Positions 16,688 to 23,938 of a stretch of 32,000 bases of DNA are shown in pieces (position 1 is the first letter of the stretch; the number at the start of each line of letters is the position of its first letter). Origin of the DNA: Acaryochloris marina MBIC11017 (lineage in GTDB: Bacteria; Cyanobacteriota; Cyanobacteriia; Thermosynechococcales; Thermosynechococcaceae); contig NC_009926.1 of assembly GCF_000018105.1 (NCBI RefSeq), positions 60,001 through 92,000 on the forward strand. Direction: 5' to 3'. The translations under genes were made by a program, and so were the position numbers. Under the pieces are notes generated by a model. It was not told the origin of the DNA and ran no database searches. It was given only the letters and a program-made list of their open reading frames with translations.

Positions 16688-17674
16688 ATGCCAGGTTTAC
16701 AGAATATTCTTCTAGAATTCTATAACTATTTCGGTGAACTACCATTTATTGGAGTCACTCTCATACTCGTTGGTTTAGTTAGTTTTCGAGCTATTCCGAT
16801 GTCAACTGATTTGGCAACAAGCTCGGCTGCTGGCTTGGTAGGTTTAATATGGGGCAACTCTCAACGAACCCTCGTTATTAATTCAACAACTAATCTCCCA
16901 GAGTTAGGGATCATGCTTGTGTCATTATTTGGGCTAGGTCGACTAGGAGGAATTGCAACACCTCTTGGATCAAATTTATCCAACGTTTACTTAATCTTTA
17001 TTGTTTCACCTATAGTTTTAATTTGCAAATGGATTTTGATTAAAAATCCAAATCATATCAACAACTTGATGATATTAGCAAAGCTAGAAAAGCAATTGAT
17101 TCTCTGGCATGTATTTATGGCACTATTAATGTTCTTTTTTGCTAGTTTTGCCTACTTAATTTTAATGGGAGACTTTCAATTTATTCAGCATTCAGAAGGG
17201 AATGCCGTATTAGACATAATGAGTTTGGTAATTTCCATAATAGTTAGTTTATGCGGTGTTATTGTTTTTTTGATATTTGAGTCAAAACTAAAAAAACGTC
17301 GGCCAGAGCTATTTGAAGATATCGATGATACCAACTTTGAGGCAAGCTGGTCTCGCTTTTTTCTTGGCGTAATTATGTTGTGTTTATCTTGTTATATCTT
17401 GAATGACTTATTTGCAGTTTGGACCGAACTATTTCAGAACCATTTTGTAGAATTTAGCTTGTTCCCCACAATCCATTACTTTATTGGTAGCTTAATCTCT
17501 TCTTTACCAGAGATGTCTGTAGCGGTAGGTAATTATGAGCGACTTAGTAGCCCAGACTTAAATACTGCCTTAGGGTCTGCTAGCCAGTCATGTATGACCA
17601 ATTTGTTGATTGCTGGTTTAGGTAGTGTTATCGCTTTGGTGCTCTCAATGGTTGGGCTGCTTCAAGAGATCTAG
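16688..17674 (+). CDS. polytopic membrane protein, divergent CaCA (cation/Ca2+ exchanger)-like
   Basis: About 10 hydrophobic helices. Two alpha-repeat-like segments: TTNLPELGIMLVS..PLGSNLSNVYL and SSLPEMSVAVGN..ALGSASQSCMTNLLI. AT-rich. Confidence 0.5.
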   Translation: MPGLQNILLEFYNYFGELPFIGVTLILVGLVSFRAIPMSTDLATSSAAGLVGLIWGNSQRTLVINSTTNLPELGIMLVSLFGLGRLGGIATPLGSNLSNVYLIFIVSPIVLICKWILIKNPNHINNLMILAKLEKQLILWHVFMALLMFFFASFAYLILMGDFQFIQHSEGNAVLDIMSLVISIIVSLCGVIVFLIFESKLKKRRPELFEDIDDTNFEASWSRFFLGVIMLCLSCYILNDLFAVWTELFQNHFVEFSLFPTIHYFIGSLISSLPEMSVAVGNYERLSSPDLNTALGSASQSCMTNLLIAGLGSVIALVLSMVGLLQEI

Positions 17675-17790
17675 AAAGTGATGGGCAATGAGTATAACCT
17701 AATCAGGGCAAGTCCTTAGATGTAAAGGTGTTTACGCTATTTTCTAGAAACTGTTTCCAATAAATAGTAGACAAGTAAAATGAAGGATAT

Positions 17791-17952
17791 TTAATAGCTA
17801 AATATGGATAAGATCTGGCTAAGCATTCCTTCACCCGATATGATTTCAGTCACCCAACCTAATAGAAACCCAAGCATGGCGAGGCGACCATTTAAAGTCT
17901 CAGCGAAATGAGTGAAACCCCACATTGGTTGTAGTTCTGTGCTCATGTTCAT
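17791..17952 (-). CDS. hli: high-light-inducible protein (HLIP, one-helix CAB-like)
   Basis: Absent from the ORF track because it is under 60 aa. The hand translation MNMSTELQPMWGFTHFAETLNGRLAMLGFLLGWVTEIISGEGMLSQILSIFSY* contains the AE..NGR.AM.GF chlorophyll-binding motif. GAGG lies just upstream. An alternative start is at 17946. Confidence 0.8.
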   Translation of the reverse strand: MNMSTELQPMWGFTHFAETLNGRLAMLGFLLGWVTEIISGEGMLSQILSIFSY

Positions 17953-18124
17953 TACCTCAACCAAGAATTAGCAGTAAGTAAAGCATAGAGGAAAAACTAA
18001 TTTCTTAAGAGAGATTAATAACTTTTCAAAACTGAACTGGCAGTTGCTTTGTCGTTTGCAACATCAAGAATATGACATGCTGATAGTAAGTTTTGGCATC
18101 TTCGACCGCTAAGGAAGACAGTCA

Positions 18125-18592
18125 TTACTCGAATGATAGCTCAGCCTCGCTATATATCATCAGTAGTTGATTCCAACGAATTCGTTTTAAACCTTCCATA
18201 ATCCAGTCATCATCACTGCTATCTAGAGTCTCTAGCAAATGTTGAACGAGGTGTTGCAGGGTATGAGTCTGATCTTCTGCTAGGGTGGTTTTCAATGCTG
18301 GAGCGAACAAGAGGGGTTGTTGTTGTCTAGGTCGATAAATCAATAGAGGTTGATCGACCTCAGGTATCAGTTGAGTGCATTTGGGGCAAGGATGTGTCTT
18401 AAAGCTCCCCTCCACTATCTTCTGGATCAAGTCCGGCTGAGTAGATTGGTCCACAATCCACCAAACATTAACTCTTACACTTTGGTGACAGTGAGGACAC
18501 TCTACATCTGTGAATTTAGAATATGAGTGCTCCAAGGATCTCTTCTTTGGAGAATTGTTCTGGGTATCCTCTTGATCTATTTCAGACATCAT
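18125..18592 (-). CDS. CpXC-type zinc-ribbon domain protein
   Basis: ATG-ATG at 18587-18592 is preferred over the TTG at 18628. Paired motifs CPHCHQ...CPKC have the spacing typical of the CpXC domain. Confidence 0.55.
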   Translation of the reverse strand: MMSEIDQEDTQNNSPKKRSLEHSYSKFTDVECPHCHQSVRVNVWWIVDQSTQPDLIQKIVEGSFKTHPCPKCTQLIPEVDQPLLIYRPRQQQPLLFAPALKTTLAEDQTHTLQHLVQHLLETLDSSDDDWIMEGLKRIRWNQLLMIYSEAELSFE

Positions 18593-18705
18593 CTGAATCC
18601 TAGAATGAGCAAGCTGACGATAGGTCAACGATATAGGATTTAAGCATTATCCTAAAATCATTCTTCAACATTTCAATCAGTACTGTGAACAAAATGTTGA
18701 GGGGC

Positions 18706-19518
18706 TTAATTGAAGTTCTCCTCCATCCACTGAACCCCAAATTGGGTTAGAGACTGAGCATCCAATAGGTACGATCTTGCCCCGCCGACCTTTCCTGTCT
18801 GAGCAGGGTGGGTTGCCAAATAATCTTTGACGATAGTCTCGAAGTAGTTGTCTGGCCAGTCCACAATCCCATTAGTCGTATCAAATTCTTCAAAGTCCAT
18901 CCACACCCGTTGACCATTCTGGAGTATGGGCATTCGGTAGCGATCAATCCACTTATTAGGCACATCAGCCAAATGCTCAGCATGGTGGAGCAGGGTGACG
19001 TCACCAATAGGTGAACCCAGCAGAAGCACAGAGCCACTCACCTCACAGAGTTTTGCTAGCGGTGAACCCGGACCATCCCGATATTGCCAAGGCTGTTCGG
19101 CTGTGATCCATTGGGCAAGTTCACCCACCGCGACGTATGAGAACGGATGACGGCTCCTATGCGCACCTGGCCAAGTTCGGAGATATTCGGTGAGAATTCC
19201 CATTTCTCTCCAATCGGCCCGAGACTGAGACGGATCATAGGCTGGGCATTCGCACAGATAGGCTTCTTGCCTGTGTTTGGGCCATCGGGACAAATCGTAG
19301 GGATTATCTTCCCAGCTTGCCATCATCATTAAAGTGCCAGCGTCTGTTAGGAGTGACAGAATAGCTGCCAGCACAACATCTGGTCCACCCACAACCCATC
19401 CAATATTCCGAACAGAGGAATGAAGCATGATCGTCTGCTTCTTGCAGACTCCTAATTTCCTGAGATCTTGAATCAACTGGCTCTTAGTAATGAGCTGTTT
19501 CTTCTTCATGTGGCTCAT
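18706..19518 (-). CDS. aminoglycoside 3-N-acetyltransferase (AAC(3)/Antibiotic_NAT) family protein
   Basis: LIQDLRKLGVCKKQTIMLHSSVRNIGWVVGGPDVVLAAILSLLTDAGTLMM and LLGSPIGDVTLLHHAEH match the conserved AAC(3) N-terminal and central motifs. Confidence 0.8.
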   Translation of the reverse strand: MSHMKKKQLITKSQLIQDLRKLGVCKKQTIMLHSSVRNIGWVVGGPDVVLAAILSLLTDAGTLMMMASWEDNPYDLSRWPKHRQEAYLCECPAYDPSQSRADWREMGILTEYLRTWPGAHRSRHPFSYVAVGELAQWITAEQPWQYRDGPGSPLAKLCEVSGSVLLLGSPIGDVTLLHHAEHLADVPNKWIDRYRMPILQNGQRVWMDFEEFDTTNGIVDWPDNYFETIVKDYLATHPAQTGKVGGARSYLLDAQSLTQFGVQWMEENFN

Positions 19519-19667
19519 GATGAAGTTGTTGTTTGAAGCTTAAGATAAATCAAAAGGAATATCTACTGCAACTCGCTCTTGTCCTTCAGCCTTGACCTGA
19601 GACAGAGCTAGATCTTAGCGGGAATGGCGCTAACTACACCCAAGCTGATCAAGATGCGATCTCACCC

Positions 19668-19820
19668 GTAAGCTTTTACAACAATCCCTCTCCAATCGGT
19701 GAGCCTAGTCGATAAACTGGCTGTGTGTAGAGGACTCCACCCATGACTCCCCCAAACATCAGCCTCAATCCTAAGCCCGTGCCCAAGGCAATCCCACAAC
19801 CACCCAAGGCCACCCTCTAG
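19668..19820 (+). pseudogene. truncated copy of the leader and first ~25 codons of the 8273..8884 gene
   Basis: The 75-nt leader (cgtaag.ttttacaacaatc...tagaggactcc.cccATG) and MTPPNISLNPKPVPKAIPQPPKATL* parallel MTTPIISLNPKPIPQTTPGQPKPAP.... A stop lies at 19818-19820 and no downstream similarity was seen. Confidence 0.5.
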
Positions 19821-20173
19821 CTCTCTAGAACGGATTCTTTACTGACTTCCCCTACGACTGATTCCACAGGCTCCCCCGTGAACCCCTGGCATCGCTTTCG
19901 TAACTTCGGCTGACGGTAGCGATTGAGAAGATTCCGCTAGGGCATCGGTATGTACTCGATCAGGCTAGTTAAGCTCAAGGTTGGACAGCCCAAGGCTCTC
20001 ACAGATTTGCTTTGAGCCAATCATCACAGTGATGCTCACAGCCATTCTGGGTGTCTTGGTCTTTGGAAAAACCACCTCCGAGATAGATAACTCTGTCCTT
20101 AAGACTTGATGACGCAATTGCAAGATGGGATCGGGGATGGTCTGGTTGAAGGTAGTCAACTATCCATGTTGAT

Positions 20174-20413
20174 TTAGAAGGGTATTTGCATTTGCGTTCC
20201 GGTCCATTTCTGAATTTCTGAATCTTTGAGTGTTAGTTGAACAACACATATTTGCCGCTGGATATCCAATAGTTTACGAGCGAGACTAGCCTGTCCAATA
20301 GCCCGAGAGTCCTGTTCAGCTTGTTTAGCAGCAGCATGGGTCTGTGTTGCTAGATTCTTTAGACTCCGAATATGTTTCCCTAATTCATTATGTCCGTGCA
20401 TGGTGTCAGCCAT
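20174..20413 (-). CDS. small hypothetical protein (79 aa)
   Basis: The internal ATG at 20411-20413 is preceded by GGAGG with 6-nt spacing. The longer 110-aa version in the track has no Shine-Dalgarno. No family recognised. Confidence 0.35.
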   Translation of the reverse strand: MADTMHGHNELGKHIRSLKNLATQTHAAAKQAEQDSRAIGQASLARKLLDIQRQICVVQLTLKDSEIQKWTGTQMQIPF

Positions 20414-20911
20414 TTGGAACCTCCGATTGTCTGCGTTGGTGAGGTTGAGTCTTTTGATAGCTAAATAGTTCCCCGACAACTGATTGCTAAGGACATGGGA
20501 TCGCACAAATTAACTTTAATCGTCTGTGGAGTTAGTCTGCCGACCTGAGTGCGCTGCTTGTTGCTGCGACGATTAGAATTAATTACGAATGGATGGCTTG
20601 TCTGCAATCATTCCCATACGCAACGCTGTAAGGCATCGAAGAATTAGTCACGCGATAATCGATAATATACCGCCAGAAGAAATAATACCGTAAATACTAG
20701 GGTCAATGTGCCTAAATCTATTGCCCGTTCAGAGTTTATCTCGTTGATCTTGCAGCTTTTAGGAGTGGCACTCAGGAGTAATTCCCTTCGGATAGTCTTG
20801 ATTACAAGAATGATGGCATCCGCTTGATTTGTGTGAGGAGTCTTGGCTGAACCCTGCTATATCAGCAATCTCCCATCAGGACTTCTTAGGAGATTTCTGG
20901 GTTTTAGCCGT

Positions 20912-21667
20912 TTAGGATGCCTCAGGTTTAGCCTGTGACTTTTCCTCAGTGAAATAACTCATGGATTCTTTCGGATCTTTGCGCCAACGGTTTTTATAGA
21001 CGCCACTCTGCATGGTTTTGTACACTCGATCTCGCTCAGTCTTGAGGTCGTCTCCACTCAGTTCTCCATAAAGCTGCAAAACTAAGTCATCAACGTGAAC
21101 CGAAGTGCCTGCCTTTTCTTGCATGATTTGTGCGATGGCATCAGTCTTAAACATTTCAGTGTAGGGCCATTGCATTGGCCGACTGCTGGATGAAGCTTTA
21201 GTTGCTTTGGCTTGCTTTTTCTTTTTGGCCTGTCTTTGAGATGCTGCTTTCTTGGCAGTGGAAGGCTTCTTCATTGAGGTGGAGGGTGAAGCTTTTGAGG
21301 TAGCTGTCTTTGGAGTAGCTTCAGCTTTAGTTTCTACTGTTCCGCTTGTCTTAGCAGTTGAAGCTGATTTTTTTTGAGTTTTAGGCTTTTTGTTTGAAGC
21401 AGCTTTTTGAGTAGTTTTCTTAGCCTTGGCTTTAGGTTCTACTGTGTTGGCAACTGTTGAGCCTGGTGCTTCTGATTCTATTGAGGCTGCTTCACCTTGA
21501 AGGATTGAAAGGATATCAGAGCCTAACAATGGATCTTCAATCAACGTATCTAGAGAGGTGATTTTAGTCTTGAGTTGAATCGTTTGAGCTTCAAGTTCAG
21601 CGAGTGTCTCCTGGTAGTGAGTCTTTAGCTCAAGGAGTACTGTGGAATATTTGTTGTCAGCAGCCAT
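20912..21667 (-). CDS. coiled-coil / Lys-rich histone H1-like protein, paralog of 2593..3378
   Basis: Same N-terminus (MAADNKYSTVLLELKTHYQETLAELEAQT.QLKTKITSLDTLIEDPLLGSDILSILQGEA). Same upstream ~120 nt. Diverged C-terminal globular domain. Confidence 0.75.
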   Translation of the reverse strand: MAADNKYSTVLLELKTHYQETLAELEAQTIQLKTKITSLDTLIEDPLLGSDILSILQGEAASIESEAPGSTVANTVEPKAKAKKTTQKAASNKKPKTQKKSASTAKTSGTVETKAEATPKTATSKASPSTSMKKPSTAKKAASQRQAKKKKQAKATKASSSSRPMQWPYTEMFKTDAIAQIMQEKAGTSVHVDDLVLQLYGELSGDDLKTERDRVYKTMQSGVYKNRWRKDPKESMSYFTEEKSQAKPEAS

Positions 21668-21807
21668 AGTTTGTCGTAGATTAGTGTAGTTTTAGCAAAG
21701 GTAAGAAAGCTAACTTATAGCATTCCCAGAATTAACTTCCTTTGTATCTAATCATTAATGGGCTAATTTGGGATTTCTGGGGCGTTTAGAAATTTTTCCC
21801 GTAGTAC

Positions 21808-23718
21808 TTAACCCTTGGGTTTGGGGAACTTGGAAGGTGGCTCAAAATACTGAACAGGTGTATCTTTTAACGCCTCACTCATAAACTCTCGCCACACAGG
21901 AGCCATCCATCCTCCACCCGTTGCCCCAGACCCAATCCGGGCGTAATTGTCATTGCCAGCCCACACGGCCACTGAAAGTTGAGGCACATAGCCCACAAAC
22001 CAAACATCCCGCTCGGAGGAAGTGGTACCCGTCTTTCCAGCTGCGGGGCGACCAATCTGGGCTGCTACCCCCGTCCCTGATTGCACGACGGTTTGCAACG
22101 TACTGTTCACGGCAGCAGCAGCCCAAGGATTGAGCACCAACTTGGGTTGCGGGGTATTGTTAATCAACACTTTACCCGTAGGATCTGTGACTTGCAAAAT
22201 GGCTGTTGTTTTGGACTGCCAGCCATTATTGGCAAAGGTGGCATAGGCTGAAGCCATCTCTACGGGTGTTAAGTCTACTGCCCCTAAGGGAAGTGAAATC
22301 ACATTGGGGATCGGGCTGGTAATCCCTAATTTGCGACTGACATCTATCACATTCTTGATGCCTACTTTTTGCCCCATGACAATGGCAGGCACATTGCGCG
22401 ATTGCGCGAGCGCTTGACGAATGGACATCGAGCCCTGAAAGCTGCGGTCGTAGTTTTGAGGCTTATATCGCTGGAGCCCACCATCATTGAAGCTCACGGG
22501 AGAGTCTTTAACCATAGAGTCTGGGGTGTACTTCCCTGTTGCAAAGGCTGTGTAATACACCAAGGGTTTAAAGGCCGAGCCAGGTTGTCGATACGCTTGA
22601 GTCGCTCGATTAAATTCACTCTTTTTATTGTCCACTCCACCGACAATAGCCTTGATGAAGTGCGTTCTTGGATCAACCGCGACTAATGCCATTTGGTCTG
22701 CGGCATAGGCATAGTGTTGATGATTCCTGCGAACGGTCTCCTCAGCGATTTTCTGCATTTTCCAGTCGAGGGTCGTTTGAACTCGGAATCCCCCTCTAAC
22801 CAATGCCTCTCGACCAAATCTTTCCGTTAATTCTTGAATGACGGTATTGGTAACATCAGGAGCTTGGCTCCGTTGATAGGAGGTAATTTCTCCTAGAGTG
22901 ATTTTCTCAGCCCGAGCCGCTTCAGCTTCAGCGGGTGTAATCCATTTCAGCTCCTCCAAACGTCCGAGAACGATGTTCTGTTGTTCTTTGGCCAGGTCTA
23001 AATCCACAAATGGACTATACCCTTCTGGTGCTTTGATAATCCCAGCCATCATGGCGGATTCAGCTAAGGTCAGATCTTCAGCAGACTTATTGAAATAGCT
23101 CCGGGCAGCCGTTTCTACCCCATAGGTGTTATGGCCCCAATACACCTGGTTGAGGTACAACTGTAGGATTTCATCTTTACTGAGTAATTGTTCAATTCTC
23201 AGGGCTAGCACTGCTTCTGCGAGTTTGCGGCTAAAAGCTCTTTCTGGGGTCAGATAGAGGTTTTTAGCCAGCTGCATACTCAGGGTTGAAGCCCCTTGCA
23301 CCGTTTGGCCTGCCTGGTAATTGGTGATGGCTGCCCGTAGAATACCGACCGGATTAATGCCGTCATGCTGATAAAAGTTGCTATCTTCAATGGCGAGTAC
23401 AGATAGTTTTAGGTGGGGCGAGATTTTAGCTAGAGGGACGACCTGGCGATTCTCTTCCTCATGCAAGCCCGTGAGTAACTTGCCGTTGATGTCATAGATA
23501 TAGGTTGTTTCGTTGGGTGAAAAGCTAGCTAATGAAGTCACATCAGGCAGATCACGATAACTAATCGCTACCCCCATCAGTCCTCCTGCTAAGCCAGCAC
23601 TTCCTAGGAGGGTCAGGGTCAATATGGTGGTCAAGGTAGCATCGCCTATCCCCCTTAAAAAGAGGGTGGAGGTTGATCTAGAGGAGAAGTCCTGAGGAGA
23701 AGTGGCACTAGATGACAT
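21808..23718 (-). CDS. mrcA: class A penicillin-binding protein (GT51 transglycosylase + transpeptidase)
   Basis: EDSNFYQHDGI and RKLAEA are GT51 motifs. SAFKP (SxxK), SRN and KTGTT are transpeptidase motifs. ATG at 23716-23718 is preferred over the GTG at 23745. N-terminal TM anchor. Confidence 0.9.
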   Translation of the reverse strand: MSSSATSPQDFSSRSTSTLFLRGIGDATLTTILTLTLLGSAGLAGGLMGVAISYRDLPDVTSLASFSPNETTYIYDINGKLLTGLHEEENRQVVPLAKISPHLKLSVLAIEDSNFYQHDGINPVGILRAAITNYQAGQTVQGASTLSMQLAKNLYLTPERAFSRKLAEAVLALRIEQLLSKDEILQLYLNQVYWGHNTYGVETAARSYFNKSAEDLTLAESAMMAGIIKAPEGYSPFVDLDLAKEQQNIVLGRLEELKWITPAEAEAARAEKITLGEITSYQRSQAPDVTNTVIQELTERFGREALVRGGFRVQTTLDWKMQKIAEETVRRNHQHYAYAADQMALVAVDPRTHFIKAIVGGVDNKKSEFNRATQAYRQPGSAFKPLVYYTAFATGKYTPDSMVKDSPVSFNDGGLQRYKPQNYDRSFQGSMSIRQALAQSRNVPAIVMGQKVGIKNVIDVSRKLGITSPIPNVISLPLGAVDLTPVEMASAYATFANNGWQSKTTAILQVTDPTGKVLINNTPQPKLVLNPWAAAAVNSTLQTVVQSGTGVAAQIGRPAAGKTGTTSSERDVWFVGYVPQLSVAVWAGNDNYARIGSGATGGGWMAPVWREFMSEALKDTPVQYFEPPSKFPKPKG

Positions 23719-23938
23719 GGGTGTATTAATGGGCAACCTTAACACACTAAATTTAGAGTGTGAGGTTACTGATAAAAAATGACTGAGAAGCTTGCTATAC
23801 CTAAAGTCTGCCCATATTCAACAAAAGTTTTACGCTCGTTCTTAAAGAACCATCATCTCTGCAAAGTAACTCAACAATATGGGGATTTCATGAGTTAGTT
23901 AAACAACCCAGAGTATCGATGACTATGTTAACGACCCG

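Noticed and set aside
17745-17765. The 12-mer TTCTAGAAACTG is shared between 17748-17759 and 31530-31541.
   Set aside because: Dozens of 12-mer coincidences are expected among all position pairs in a 32-kb window, and there is no extended similarity around it.
19965-20159. A 64-aa minus-strand ORF immediately downstream of the 79-aa ORF was considered as a toxin-antitoxin-like pair.
   Set aside because: It has a TTG start without a Shine-Dalgarno site, neither product has a recognisable TA family motif, and the region looks degraded. The evidence is insufficient.
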